From a virus: DNA of 64,000 nucleotides. Positions 7,759 to 20,124 of the stretch are shown here, one piece after another. The notes under the pieces are model-generated. The model was not told the origin of the DNA. It saw only the letters and a list, made by a program, of their open reading frames with translations, and did not search any database. The DNA lies in IMG/VR virus record IMGVR_UViG_3300042922_000265, positions 103,374 through 167,373 of that record. One strand, 5' to 3'. Made by a program: the position numbers and the translations under genes. Numbering within the stretch: position 1 is the stretch's first letter; every line of letters starts with the position of its first letter.

Positions 7759-8266
7759 CCCGGACGATGATCCAGGGAGGCACGCCGTACTTCACGGCCA
7801 GGTGCATCCGCAAGATGTCCCGTGCGACCTGTGGCGCGGTGCTGGGCAGTCTGCGCATCACGTTGCGGATGCGGGAACGCTGGTAGCGCGTCAGGTGGTG
7901 GTATTCACCCTGCCGGGCCTCTGTGGCCCAACCACGAACTCTCGTCGGCCAGGGAGCCGTCCAACCACTGGCACCGCGTACGTCACCGATGCGCCCATCG
8001 AACGTGGGCTCGGCGGTCTGAGACCACCACTTGCCGGGGCGTCTGCCGAACAGCGGGTTATAGGCGCGCCGGTACATGCCGTCTTGTAGGTACTCGCCGA
8101 GCTTCAAGCCCACGGAGAACTCACGACGAAGACGAAGCTCATACTGGTGTGGGCTGAGGATTCCGTGAATCGGCCCGGTGACCAGATCTTCGTCGGCCCG
8201 GTCCAACGCCAGGATGGCCCAAGCCTGGTCTTCCAGGTCTTGGGCCACCCCGTAGTGGAGATCCAC

Positions 8267-9460
8267 TTAGACGTTGGCCGCCGCTGCCAGCTGCATGGCC
8301 TGGACTGCGGTGCCCTCCAGCTCGAACGCGCGATCCGGGTTGTCGACCCGCTGGACCATCGAGGTGACCGCGTGCATGATGCCGCCGGAGGTCAGCTGGC
8401 CGCCCCGCATGAAGTCGTCCAGGATCATGTCCTGCTCGCCCTCGGAGTACTGGAGCTTCTTGCCCACCAGCTTGACGGTGTCGTCGGCGTTGGAACCGGG
8501 GATCTCGACGCCCGCGTCCTTGATCAGGTCGTCGCGCAGGCTGGTCAGGTAGCCCTCCGAGAGGAAGGACTTGACCGCATCCTTGACCTGGGCGCGGACG
8601 AACTCGTTGGCCGCGTCCTGGGTCTCGGTGCTCCAGTTGATGGAGCCGGTCTCCAGCTTGCCGCCCAGGTGGACCTTGCGGAAGCCGTCCACGTCCCGAC
8701 GCAGACCGTTCTTGCAGACCTGGACCACCGCGCGGGGCAGGATCTGGAAGGCACCACGGCCCACCTCGGAGTTGGTGAACACCAGGCCCGCGCTCATGAA
8801 CGGGTTGTCCTTGGAGTCCTGGTCATAGAAGTGGTAGCCCTTCACCAGGTCCTGGGCGTGGATCTTGATCTCCGGCACGTCGACTGCCAGGTAGATGCGC
8901 TCGTCGGAGAGATCGATACCGGTGATGTTGGAGGCGTCCAGGCGCTTCTCGACGCCGTCCTCGCCGGTCACGGTGACCTCACGCAGGCCCTGCAGGACGC
9001 TCATGACGGTGTCCAGGTGGTCCCGGAAGCCGTAGCGGTCGCTCAGGATGGCCCGCACGTAGCCCATCGAGGTGGGGTCCTCCGGGTTGGAGCCCTGGAT
9101 GATGCGCAGCAGGCTGCGACCCGTGGCGTCGGCAGCCCACTCGTTGACGTTGGTGTCCAGCAGCGAGACCTTCTCGGCCCGCATGCGGCGAATGTAGCGG
9201 ACCGGGATGCCGAACAGGTCGGCGAGGTTCTGGTCCACGATGTGCGCGGTGTCGTAGGCACCGTTCGGGTTGGTCACGCCGTCGCCGTCGAGGATGATCT
9301 CCTGACCGTCGATGATGATGCGACCCATCTCCAGGTGGATGGAGTTGGTGGGGACCACGAGGTCCACCTTGGCCGCGTGCTGGTCCTTGAGGACCTGCAC
9401 CAGGGTCGGCAGATCGGCGTTGCGAAGGGTGCGGGTGGGAAGCGGGGCGAGAGTGGTCAT
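8267..9460 (-). CDS. DUF932-family protein
   Basis: RAILSDRY...FTNSEVGRGAFQI...VCKNGL pattern. Confidence 0.75.
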   Translation of the reverse strand: MTTLAPLPTRTLRNADLPTLVQVLKDQHAAKVDLVVPTNSIHLEMGRIIIDGQEIILDGDGVTNPNGAYDTAHIVDQNLADLFGIPVRYIRRMRAEKVSLLDTNVNEWAADATGRSLLRIIQGSNPEDPTSMGYVRAILSDRYGFRDHLDTVMSVLQGLREVTVTGEDGVEKRLDASNITGIDLSDERIYLAVDVPEIKIHAQDLVKGYHFYDQDSKDNPFMSAGLVFTNSEVGRGAFQILPRAVVQVCKNGLRRDVDGFRKVHLGGKLETGSINWSTETQDAANEFVRAQVKDAVKSFLSEGYLTSLRDDLIKDAGVEIPGSNADDTVKLVGKKLQYSEGEQDMILDDFMRGGQLTSGGIMHAVTSMVQRVDNPDRAFELEGTAVQAMQLAAAANV

Positions 9461-10291
9461 GTGTTGTGTTCTCCTTCGGGGTGTGTCTGACTGACAGGAT
9501 CTACTTTACACCCTCTATAGGACAAAACACAACACCTACTAGAACTAGCTGGTAGACGCCTTGATTTCGTCGTCAACCCTGTAGGGTTCCAGCCAGATCT
9601 CCAGCCGGTCCAGGGCACCATCCCCACCGGTCTTCTCCACCCAGCCGTAGATGTACCCGGCGGCGAACGCCAGGGCCTGGTCCACGTCCTCGTCAGCCAA
9701 ACTGATCACCACCGGGATCTCGCCGTCGTGCATCAGCTGCAGCGGTTCATGACCACCCTCGCCCTCCACGCTGGACCACACGGTCACCTGCTGGCCCATG
9801 GCCCCGGTCTTGAACACTGGGAACTGGGTGGCGATACGGTAGGGCTTAACCTCCTTGGGTACCGAGGGGTTCGGCGTCACCTCCACTCGGACGTGCTGGT
9901 CGGGATGCAGCTCACGGTGCTGGCGCGCCTGAGCAAGGAGATCCTGCGCCTGCGCGTTCTTCCTCAGCTGCTCCAGCCGCTCGCTCATGGGGTCGGACAT
10001 ACTTCTCCTTCATCGCGATGGCCAGACGGTACACCGCTGCCTCGCCGTACATGGTCTTGTCGATCTTGCCGTGCGTAACCACCCGATACTCCAGATCATG
10101 ATCTGCAGCAAGACAAGACGTGGTGTCGTAGATCAACGCCAGAACGTAGGTCGGAAAGTGCTTGCCCTGGCTGGGGGTAATGTCACGCGTTAGCGACCAA
10201 GAGAACAACAGCGGCAGATCCGGCAGCGGAATCTCGCCGAACTCCGGGATCTCCGGCAGCTCAGAACCCCATGCCTCGATCCACGGTGTGG

Positions 10292-11251
10292 TCACTTCTT
10301 CACCAGCTGTGTCCACTCGCCTTCAGGAGAAATGCGCCAGACCGTGTCATGCAGGTCCTGTCGTTCGGCGAAGCTCTTGGTGTCCAACCACGCGGTCACG
10401 AGGTTGTGAATGGAGCATTCCAGCAGGTCGTCGTTGGCCCGTTCGTGCAGCGGATGCTTGCTGTTGAAGAACCCCCTGCTGTCGATACGGACGATATGGC
10501 CTTTCTCGTCATCACCAAGGTCGCGCAAGTACTTGCGGGCCTCGGCGAGGTCCTTACGCAGCCACTGCGCCTCGCTCACATGCGGCTTAGTGTCCCACTG
10601 GTTGATGCCCCAGACGATGGCATGCAGAGCGATCTGGAAGTGCCAGCCCCACTCGCGCAGGTCCCACTCCCAGCTATCGGTGAACTCGTAGTCCGGGCGG
10701 ACGCTACCTCGCCGACGAGCCCTGGACATCCACTGCGGGACGAAGTCCTTGGCGGGCTCCGGCGGCGGTTCGGGGTGGTAGTACTGGAAGTTGTTCAGCC
10801 GACGGTGCGCCTCGTTCTCATCGATCTCGTCAAGACCGTCCAGGACCTCTTCCCGGATCGCCTTCCAGATGGGCGCGTGTGGGCGATCGACCCACTCCTG
10901 GGACTCGCGGAAGTGCTCGTAGACCCGGCGCTTGAGCGTGTCGGTGGAGAACTTCTTGGCCGTCTCCCGGACCGGTCCCTGTAGCTTCTCGGCCCAGTAT
11001 TGCTCGTTGATATGACCGACCGGCGACCGGAAGAACTCGAACATGTCCGAGATGCGGGCGAAGTGGTAGTCCTCCAGGTCCCCGGTGATAACCAGGTGTC
11101 CCGGCCAGGTGACCAGGTCGAAGCGCCAGATGCTGGTCCCTGGTTCCTGGAAGCGCACGTGCCGGTAGAGGCCCTCGTCCTTGAGCACGATCATCCGGTG
11201 ATTGGTGACCGAGCACTGCAGCATGGACAGTGGGGTGTGCGGCGTCGTCAC
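10292..11251 (-). CDS. Hypothetical protein
   Basis: 319-aa ORF coupled to both neighbours. Confidence 0.75.
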   Translation of the reverse strand: MTTPHTPLSMLQCSVTNHRMIVLKDEGLYRHVRFQEPGTSIWRFDLVTWPGHLVITGDLEDYHFARISDMFEFFRSPVGHINEQYWAEKLQGPVRETAKKFSTDTLKRRVYEHFRESQEWVDRPHAPIWKAIREEVLDGLDEIDENEAHRRLNNFQYYHPEPPPEPAKDFVPQWMSRARRRGSVRPDYEFTDSWEWDLREWGWHFQIALHAIVWGINQWDTKPHVSEAQWLRKDLAEARKYLRDLGDDEKGHIVRIDSRGFFNSKHPLHERANDDLLECSIHNLVTAWLDTKSFAERQDLHDTVWRISPEGEWTQLVKK

Positions 11252-11644
11252 GAGCGATTCACCCGCAACTCAGCGGTAACCGTGCACCAGTCGCTGCCCT
11301 TCTTGTCGCCAGCCATGTCGCGACCGGCGACGTGATGGGTGACCTTCAGTGGCTTCTTGGGGTCGATACCGAGGCCCTCCGCTGCATCGGCCCAGTCCCG
11401 GATGGACTGCAGCGTGAGCACCTCGTCGGGGTCGACGTTGAGCTTGAGTTCGATCACTTCACGTACTCCACGTAAGAGTCGTTTTCCCCACCGAGGTGGG
11501 CAAGGCGCGCGGGAATGGACAGGCCCGCGTGTCCGACGTGAGCCTCACCGGTCACCGACAACTCGCGAGCGGCAGCGCGGTCGATCTCCTTGCCCTCGTA
11601 GAAGTACCTCATTTTGCTCCTTCTTGGTAGTCGCTATACGGATT

Positions 11645-12736
11645 CTACAGCCTTGCGGGATCGCGATCGTACTGAATCATGGCCGCCTTCTTGGCCAGCT
11701 CCTCCTCGATCCATTTCTGCGACTCCTTGACCTTGACGTCGAAGTAGCCCTGTGGATCGTTGGGGTCCGCACGCGGCAGCACCCGGTAATTCAGATGGTG
11801 GATCTGGGCGTACTGAATCCACCATTCGTCACTGATCTCACGGCGGTCACCGCCATAGCGCAGCGGATCGGGCTCGAACGGAATCTCCGACGGCGTGATG
11901 ATGTACAGATCGCTCTTGAGCGCATCGGCCTGCTTGAGCAGGGCCATGGGTGGATAGTCCCGCAGCCGGGGGAGGCTCCAGGTGTCCAGGCTGTCGTAGT
12001 GATTGGCCCAGTACTGCCAGTAGCCGTGCGTGCTGTACAAGTCGGTGTCCTGGACGCGCAAGGGTGTCCTGAAGGGCATCCGCTGCAGCGCCGCCTGACC
12101 GCGCCAGATGTTGGTCATCGACTCGATCGTGATGCGATTTTCAACGTTCTCCAGGTACGGCCTGGCGAACTCCACGGTCTGGTCGCACCAGTTGTTGCGC
12201 TGCAGCTCACGGGTCAGCCGGGTCTTGCCGGTCGACTCCGCACCGAAGATGGTCACCGTGGTCTGCAGGAATTTGCGGAACTCCGGGAGGATCAGCCCGA
12301 ACTTCTTCAGCGGCTCCTCGCGGATGGCGGTGCCGCTGACCCGGTTCATCACTCGTTCGACGTCGAAGGGCATCCAGATGGCATCGGTCATCTCCGCACA
12401 CCACTTGCAATAGGGCTCACTGCCGACGATGTAGTCACCGGGCTGGATGCCCATGCCCAGCAGCATGCCCTGCCACAGCTCGCGGAACCCCTGGCCCTGG
12501 GCATCCTCGGGCAGCTGCTTGTGCAGGTGGAACAGCTTGACGTTCGAGGCCAGCTTGAAGTCATTCTTGATCGCCAGCTCCAGCGCGCCCTTGCGCTGCC
12601 AGACCATCGGCTCCGATGGCATCGTCCCCAGCATCACCGTGACACCGTCCTCGGCCAACAGAGAGGCGTAGCGGATCAGCTCCATGTGCCCCACCGTCGG
12701 CGGGATGCAGGTGAGCATCACGAACGCTCTGGCCAT
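11645..12736 (-). CDS. nadR: NadR-like NMN adenylyltransferase / ribosylnicotinamide kinase
   Basis: N-terminal PPTVGH (HIGH-like), C-terminal P-loop GAESTGKT, DTD and DPLRY motifs. Confidence 0.88.
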   Translation of the reverse strand: MARAFVMLTCIPPTVGHMELIRYASLLAEDGVTVMLGTMPSEPMVWQRKGALELAIKNDFKLASNVKLFHLHKQLPEDAQGQGFRELWQGMLLGMGIQPGDYIVGSEPYCKWCAEMTDAIWMPFDVERVMNRVSGTAIREEPLKKFGLILPEFRKFLQTTVTIFGAESTGKTRLTRELQRNNWCDQTVEFARPYLENVENRITIESMTNIWRGQAALQRMPFRTPLRVQDTDLYSTHGYWQYWANHYDSLDTWSLPRLRDYPPMALLKQADALKSDLYIITPSEIPFEPDPLRYGGDRREISDEWWIQYAQIHHLNYRVLPRADPNDPQGYFDVKVKESQKWIEEELAKKAAMIQYDRDPARL

Positions 12737-13491
12737 CAGAAGTCTCCTCGGGCGGCCTGCGTGGCGGCGATCTCGTCGGGTGTTGCCTCACGGACTCCGA
12801 CCGCTTTCCACTCCCTGCTGCGATTCCACATCCAGAAGCCAACCACGGTGTTGACCAGGAATAGCACGTACTGGAAGCCAGCCAGCGGCAGACCCGAGCT
12901 GAAGTAGGTGTAGATGGCGGCCACGTTGACCACGGCCCATACCGCCCACGTCTCCAGCTTCTTGTTGTCCAGCAGCATCTGCGCCAGCACGGTGCCGATC
13001 AGAATCAGAGCGTCCGCCGGGGCGAACCGTCCTCCAAGACCCTCCACGATCTCCACAGCACCCCAGTAGGTCAGCGCCGTCAGGATGACGTACATCGGCA
13101 GCCAGCGCAGCTTCAGGCGGCTCACAGAACGAGCCTGGTCGTCCGAACGCCACCGGAACCAGCCGTACACCAGGTACGGGCACAGGTAGGCGTTCAGAAT
13201 GGCCGAGGCAGCCAGGTCACTCTGCCAGAACAGCACCGCGTAGGCCGCCGTGCTCACCGCGCCGATCGGGTAGTTGATCCGGCGCTGACGCACGCACAGC
13301 CAGGTGCAGGCATAGCTGGTGTAGACAGCGAACGCCTCCAGCGGGTTGATGCCATCAGGGAGCCAGCCTGCCCACAGAGCGATGGCGTAGCTACCACTGG
13401 TGAACAGACTGGCCAGCGCGAACGCTTCCACCAGATGACCGATCAGCTTCTCGCGTCGGATGACCTTGGTGTAGTACTCCGGGACTGTCAT
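12736..13491 (-). CDS. pnuC: PnuC nicotinamide riboside transporter
   Basis: Multi-TM with YGWFRW, D...GTVLAQML..KKLETW..W..VN motifs; coupled to nadR; start placed at ATG 13491. Confidence 0.88.
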   Translation of the reverse strand: MTVPEYYTKVIRREKLIGHLVEAFALASLFTSGSYAIALWAGWLPDGINPLEAFAVYTSYACTWLCVRQRRINYPIGAVSTAAYAVLFWQSDLAASAILNAYLCPYLVYGWFRWRSDDQARSVSRLKLRWLPMYVILTALTYWGAVEIVEGLGGRFAPADALILIGTVLAQMLLDNKKLETWAVWAVVNVAAIYTYFSSGLPLAGFQYVLFLVNTVVGFWMWNRSREWKAVGVREATPDEIAATQAARGDF

Positions 13492-16012
13492 TTCTTGTCT
13501 CGGTTGTAGGCGTCCCAGTTGCAGCTCAAACCACCCGAGCTGTTGCCGACGCACCAGACCTCACCGCCATACTCGTCCGCCGGGAGCCAGGCCCCGGTGT
13601 TGGTGATGCCCTCGATGCCGCAGCCGGTCAGGACGACAGCCAAGGCGGCCATCCCGATGATCATCTTCTTCACTTCTTGCTCCAATCGCAGCTCAAGCCG
13701 CCGTAATCGACGGGCATCCATACACACGGAAGTGTGCGCCCGTCCTTGAGGTTGATGTCGATCTCGTAGGTGTAGGGGACCGTGCCGGTGTAGCCGCGAT
13801 CCTGGACGGTGGCCTCTTCTTTGGACACGGTGTCGCAGCCAACCAAGAAGATCATGACTAGCCCCAGGAGGACCCCAAGCGCCATGGCTTGAAAGAGGGC
13901 CTCCAGACGCTCCACCCGGCCCTGGAGTGTGATGGTGCCAGAGGCATCACGGTCGAAATGCTTCATCGCCGTCGCATCCTCACGGTGATGCCCAGACGGG
14001 TCTCCAACTCGGTCATGCGCTCTTGCAATGCGACCTCGCGGTCGGGCTCCTCTTCGGTCTCTCGCACGATTGTCCTCGCTGCTCGGATGGTGGCCGCCAC
14101 GATCTCGTCGATCGTGGCGGTTTCGACGTTCAGCCGCCGGTAGTCGGAGTTGGGCTCGTGCAAGAACTCCAGCTTGCCGGTGCGGTAGGACAGACGTTTC
14201 TTGCCCCGCCAGTTGGTCTCCAGTTCCTTGCTCCACAAGGTTCCCCACACCTCACCAGCGCGAAAGTCCAGCTCCAGGAGCCAGCCGTAGCCCTTGGGTG
14301 GCGCAGGCATCGCGGGTTCCAACTCGGTGACGTAGCCGCCGTTCACGCTCCCGGTCATCGTGCCTCCAATTGTTCGACGAGCAGATCGAAGGTGCCGACC
14401 TGGACCAGACCCTTGAAGAGCAAGCCCATGGCCACGATCCATAGAACGGAAGTGACCGTCGCGGCGAGAACCGACCCGATGATGGTCTCGGCTTGTGCCA
14501 TCCCCATCATGAAGTACAGGCAGATGAAGTAGGCGATCGCAGCCAGCGGCAGGTAGCTCATTGGACCACCTGCGGTGGCAGCATCAGTTCGACCCAGGTG
14601 GTGGGCTCCGGGGGTGCCAGCGGCACCGTGGGGCTCAGCAGGTCCTCGATGTACTGATCGAGAAACGGGGTGATCTGCTCCTCGGGCTGGACGGTGTAGA
14701 CCGTTTCCGAAGGTTGGGCTTCCGGCGGGTTCTCCGGTGAGGTACCGCAGGCACTCAGTCCGAGCGCGGCGGCGACCGCCATGGTGGCGATGAGGGTACG
14801 GTTCATGGTCTCTTCCTGGTGGGTGATTGGATACTTACTATAACACTTCTACAGGGTCAGTAGCCCAGTGCGCGGGCGCGGCGAGCCTCGTTCTCCTCCC
14901 GGTTGTTGCGCTCCTCGCGCTCGCGACGATTCCGGGCCTTGGACTCTTCCTCAGTCTCGGCGATCGTGGCCTTGAGTCGGTCGATCTCGTCCAGGGCCTC
15001 CAGGTGACTGTCCAGGACCTGGGCGTAAGAGTTGCTGTCCACGTAGAAGCTCATCTTGTGGGCAAACCGACGCTTGTCCTGCAGCGTCTCGCGCTTCATC
15101 ATTTCTCGCCTCCGGTGATGTCATTGATGGTTTGGTTGGCCATTGCCCGCACCGAGCAGGCCAAGGCCAGCGGGATCAGCAGGACCGCGATGACGGCCAC
15201 CCAACCCCACATCAGTTCTTAGCCCTTCCATCGGTGTAGGCGGTGTAGGTGCGGGTGGCCTCACGCTTGCCACCGTTGTCGATCGCGACGAACTGGTCGG
15301 TCATCACGATCAGACCCCGCAGTTCCTCGGCGGTAGCCTGTTCGATCTGCTGGCGCATCTTGTTGACGGTGCGCTTGATGACCGCCGAGTTGTCGCTGTA
15401 GTTGCCACGGCAGCCGCAGGCGCAGCCCAACTTGCCGGAGTAGGTCAGCGAGATGGGCTTGTCCAGCTCGTTGAGTGCCCGGTTCTTGAGGATGATGGTC
15501 TCGGTGGACAGATCGGTGACGAGAGGCATGACGCCTCCTTTCGGTGGGAGGGACTGGCAGGTTAGAGGAAGGCGGAGACGGCGTCGTCCAGGGCGGCGAA
15601 GATGGCCGAACGGCCCGCGTAGGAGGGACGTGAGTCCTCGTACTCACCGTCGGTCAGCTCGCCGACCGAGATACCCAGCGCGTCAGCTTCGGCCTCGTAG
15701 CGCTGCTGATCGGTCATCTGGTTGTCCTCGTCGGCCAGAGCGGCCTCGGCAGCGTTGTCATCGAACTCGACGCCGTCGACCAGGATGGTGAAGTTGGCGA
15801 CCGGGGTCTCGTCGATCTGATGGGCCTTGATGGCGAAGGTGCGACCGTCGAGCTTGACGACGTAGTTGACGGTGCCGTCCTTGAGAGGAAAGGCGGTGGC
15901 GACACCCTCGGCGACGAAGAGGTCAACAACAGAGCGGTCGTAGCGGGCGGCGGCAGTGGCGGCGATGGTAGGCATTTCGTCTCCTGTGGGTGGTTTCGTG
16001 CGGTACCTGTTA

Positions 16013-16041
16013 AGTATGACAGAGACTAGAACCTATTGCAA
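16013..16041 (-). promoter_or_regulatory. SigA-like promoter with TTCTAG box
   Basis: TTGCAA-TAGGTTCTAGTCTCTGT-CATACT. Confidence 0.75.
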
Positions 16042-16405
16042 CCCCTGATCAGTAATTGCGCGTCATCAGCATCCAGGTCTCGACCGTGGACTTCTTGTTC
16101 CGATCGCGCGGGCCGACGCTGTCACTGGTGCTGACGTATTGGCCATTCAGGGCGGCCTGATCCCTGGGAGTCTGGAAGGTGGCCGAAGTGATCGCGCCCA
16201 GGTAGTTGTAGGTGACCCGAATGTCCTCGGTGAGACGGAATCCCTGCAGGTCGGCAATGATGCGCAGCTTGTGGTCGGGAGGCAACTGCACGGAGGCATG
16301 AAAGGTATCGGACCAGGCACGATTCTCCGCCAGGGTCCACCCCGTACGCTCAGCTAGAGTGCGCAGGTCTTCGCGAGTCTTGGAGAGCTTGTTGGTCATG
16401 GTCTA

Positions 16406-16435
16406 ATTAAAGCAGACTAGAACGACATGGCGCAA
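16406..16435 (-). promoter_or_regulatory. SigA-like promoter with TTCTAG box, leaderless
   Basis: TTGCGC-18-TTTAAT-6-ATG(16399). Confidence 0.65.
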
Positions 16436-18664
16436 GCGCCTAGAACCCGCAGGGTACGTCAGAGCCCTCATCGCCCGCGTGGCTCTCCAGCTCGGAGCTG
16501 CCGTCGGAGTAGTACACCCGGACTGCCGAGTGGTGGCCGCACATCTCAGCCTCACGCCTGACCACTGTCGATTCGGGAGGGTCGAACGTAGCGCACCTTG
16601 GTGCCTCGTCCCACCACGGGTGCGGGGTCCAGGAGACCCGATCGATCTCATCGCGGAGCGGCCCGATGCCCTTCCTCATTTGTTCATCGTCCTCGCGTCG
16701 TACTGCTCCTGAGTCTCGCACCAGCACCGGTCATTCCACTGGTTGGTGCAGGTGTGCCTTGGCAGATCTCCTCGCGCGCGGGCGCTCTTGGTCCACTCCC
16801 GGCTGGTCTCCTCACGAAGCTCCCGCTGATCCTCGGGGAAGGACGCGGGGCGCGTGGCCCTGCGCCTCATTGCATCCAGTCCGGGCGCGGGTCGATGAAG
16901 TCGCTGATCGAGAAGACACACATCGGCGGCGCGGGATGCTCGTCGGTCTCCCACTCGCCGCACCCGTGGCAGCGATGGGTCAGCTCGCCGTCGATCATCA
17001 TCAGATCGCTGCTGTAGATCAGCTCATGGCTGGTGGGCTGCTCACGGACCCCGGCGGCTACCTCCAGGGTCACCAGGCCCAGCCAGACGTGGCTCCTGGT
17101 GCGCGGGTCCCAGAACCGATCGCGGCGTTCGCGCCACTGGACACCGAAGGGCTTCATGTCGTCGATGGCATGTCGGGCCATCAGTACCCCCTCCGAATGC
17201 TCCAGTAGATGCGCTTGGCGCAGGCGGCCTCGTTGCTGCAGATCACCTCGGTGACGGTGCGCGGGTAGGGCTGGTAGCCGCGCGTGCCCTGGCGACCGCA
17301 CAGACAGCAGAACTTCATCAGGCTGTAGTCGTCCATCACCATTTCCATCCTGCCGGTTTACCCACCTTGCGCCACACCCGCTTGTCACAGGCGATCGACG
17401 CCGTGCAGCGGTACTGGCCCTTGTGCTTGCCCCAACGCACCTCGTGGAAGCCACGAGTGCCGACGCGCTCGCACAGAAAACAGACGCGGCTAACGGGTCT
17501 GTGTGCCATCGTGCACCTCCATCAGGCTCCAGTGGTCCCATTGCGGCGGCGTGGTGCCAAACAGGGCGTGCATGCGGATCTCCGCCACGATCGTGGCCCA
17601 GGGGACCATTACCAGGCCACCAGAAGGATGCAGCGGTCCCGGTGGCCGGTCCTGCAGCGCGCGCAGGCGTAGGCGGCACCAACCTCGGGGTGGTCGTGAC
17701 AAGACCGCTGTCCCAGCGCGCCCAGCGGCGCGCTGCGCCCAGAGGCCAGGGCGTGCAGCTTGCGCGCAGGCGGAGTGTAGGGCCGATCGAGCTGCCACGC
17801 CTTGATGCCCTCGATAGACAACCCCGCGCGGTAAGTGCGCTCCACCTGACCGCTGTACACAGTGATCCAGCCCCGGTTCTCCAGCTTCCTGGCCGTCGGC
17901 TTGGTGGAGTTGGCGAAGGTCCAGACCTGCTCACCGAGCCGGTACCGGGCAGCCAGCACCTCCATCATCAGGTCTTCGCTGGGCGAGACGTCGGCGGCGC
18001 TCATCGTTCCCGCTTGATCGTCATCAGCAAGCGCTGGTGAGCTGAGGGCGCGGGGTGGTTGACCCGGCTGGCGTCGTAGCGATTCTCCCAGCCGGTGCGC
18101 ATCCAGTGCCCAAAGGACCAGAAGACCTGGGGAGACTTCATCGACGGCGTCCAGCCGTTCTTGTGGTGGACCCCCATCACTGCCTCCGCTTCTTCTTGGA
18201 CTGATTCTCGGCCTTGCGAGTACCGACGAATCGACCACCGGCAGGCAGACCCCGATCGTAGGTGTAGTCAGTACCACCACCGTGGGACTTGATGTCGGTG
18301 ATGATCCGCTCATGCTCCACGGTGATGATCACCCGGTCGCCAATCTCAAAGTCGCTCATCATTCCCCCTGATTCGGTGCGATCTCGTCGGCCAGGTCAAT
18401 CAGCTTCTGGGCCAGGTCCTGGTCTTTGGTGTACCCCACGACGATCGCGGCAGCGTCGTGCAAGGTGGCAGCGGACTTGAAGCGCAGCTCGCGCTGGGCC
18501 GGGGTCAAGGGCTTGGGCTCAGTAGACATCGTCGTCCTCCTTGTCGAGCACCAGGGCCAGGGCCTTGGCGATGAATACGCCAGCGAGACCAATGACCAGC
18601 ATCGGTACGGCAATGTAGCCCATCAGGCCCCAGAATTGATCCCACGGGAACTCACTCACAGCTT

Positions 18665-19153
18665 TCACAGCTTCACGTCTCCGGTTCGGTAGAGGATGGC
18701 CAGGGCGGTGCTGACCTGCGGACCCATGGTGTGACTCAGCAGGGTGACGAACGTGCGGGCGAAGTCCGGGCCGTGACCATGGGACTTGCTGTAGTGATGG
18801 GCCAACTCGTGCAGGACCACGGTCTCCCGCAGTGCCCAGCCCGATCCGCTGGCCATCTTGGTGGCCTTGGTGTTGATGGCGATCGTGTTCAGCCGGTAGT
18901 GCGCGGCAGTGTCGCCCCGGCGCTCGCGGACGTGGACGCGGCCCACCTTGCCGAACGCACCGATCACGTTCGGGTTCAGGGTGACCAGGTCCACGTAGCG
19001 CTGGACGGCGGCCAGGTCCTCGAACTTGCGCTCGGGCTCCAGCTGCAGTGGCACGCCGTGGAGGTTGATGTTGCCTCCCACGTTGTCGTACAGCCACTGC
19101 AGCTGGTGCTCGGCGGAGTAGACCTTACTCTGCTGGAAGTCTCGGTTGCTCAT
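18665..19153 (-). CDS. HEXXH metallohydrolase (Rv0185/TIGR04338-like)
   Basis: RDFQQSKVYSAE...WALRETVVLHELAHH...GHGPDF; start at ATG 19153, 7 nt after TAGAGT. Confidence 0.8.
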   Translation of the reverse strand: MSNRDFQQSKVYSAEHQLQWLYDNVGGNINLHGVPLQLEPERKFEDLAAVQRYVDLVTLNPNVIGAFGKVGRVHVRERRGDTAAHYRLNTIAINTKATKMASGSGWALRETVVLHELAHHYSKSHGHGPDFARTFVTLLSHTMGPQVSTALAILYRTGDVKL

Positions 19154-19187
19154 GAGATCTACTCTAGCACATAGAACCCCGGAAGGT

Positions 19188-20081
19188 CTAGGCGATAGCC
19201 TTGCGTGATCCGATCGATGCCGAGCTGGAGATCCGGGCGTTGGCACCGGCAGCCGAGCCCGCGCGCGAGGAGGTGTAGGCACCGCCACCGCTCCAGCCAC
19301 CCCGGTAAGAGCCACGGGCGTTGGACTTCTCCTTGTACAGGTTGGCCACGGCCTCCTTCTTCTCGACCAGCACCAGGGCGTAGCCGACATCGCCCTTGGC
19401 CTGCTCGGAGCCCTGCAGCATCTCGGAGGCGTGGACCTTCTCCATAGCATCGAACTTGGCCTGGGCCAGGCGCGAGCCGACGCGGCGGGCGAAGGACTGC
19501 TGGAAGTCCAGGCGCGCGGTCAGCCAGCTCACCGGCTTCTCCTCGCGACCGACCCATTCCTCGACAATGTCGTTGTGCCAGTAGTAGCGCTCGTACTCCG
19601 TGCGCGAGATCTGCTTGCCGGTGACCTTGTTGCGGTAGATCCAGCGGCCACCGACAGTGCGGGTGTCCTTCTTCCACTCGCCGGTCTTGCGGTACTCCGC
19701 AGCGGCGGCGGCCATCTGGACTGACAGGCTGGTGAATAGCGCCTCGGCGACGTCGATGTCCTCCTCGAACCCGAACGCGATGACGTAGGTCGAGTTGCGG
19801 GCGATGTTGAACTTGATGTCGTTGACCTCGGCGATGCCCTGGAAGAGTCGAACCAGGGTGTTGAGGCCCTTGGTGCCGCGCACGCCCATGGTGATGGTGC
19901 GCACGACGGGGACGGTGCGCTCCTTGGCGATCGTCATGTGGCGGGCCTTGGCCAGGTCCACCGAGTAGGTGGTCGCCAGCTCTTGGGCCTTGCGCATGAA
20001 AACCTCGGCCTCGGCATTGGTGCCAGCGTTCTCGGCCTGATTGAGGATCTTGGCGATCTTGGCGGTGATGGAGTCAGACAC
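19188..20081 (-). CDS. DUF2786-domain protein
   Basis: KIAKILNQAE...AEAEVFMRKAQEL...Y N-terminus; AGAAGGAG SD before GTG 20081. Confidence 0.8.
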   Translation of the reverse strand: MSDSITAKIAKILNQAENAGTNAEAEVFMRKAQELATTYSVDLAKARHMTIAKERTVPVVRTITMGVRGTKGLNTLVRLFQGIAEVNDIKFNIARNSTYVIAFGFEEDIDVAEALFTSLSVQMAAAAAEYRKTGEWKKDTRTVGGRWIYRNKVTGKQISRTEYERYYWHNDIVEEWVGREEKPVSWLTARLDFQQSFARRVGSRLAQAKFDAMEKVHASEMLQGSEQAKGDVGYALVLVEKKEAVANLYKEKSNARGSYRGGWSGGGAYTSSRAGSAAGANARISSSASIGSRKAIA

Positions 20082-20124
20082 TGGGTGTCTCCTTCTCGTG
20101 TGGGTGAGGTGTAGGTGCCCACTA

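Larger units (their letters stand above)
13488..18665 (-). other. Array of about 18 small hypothetical genes, including several lipoprotein-like ones (LTGC, LVGC, LSAC)
   Basis: Tightly packed short minus-strand ORFs with ATGA/GTGA overlaps, e.g. 14355-14561, 14558-14806, 14857-15102, 15212-15529, 15562-15975, 16049-16399. Confidence 0.6.
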
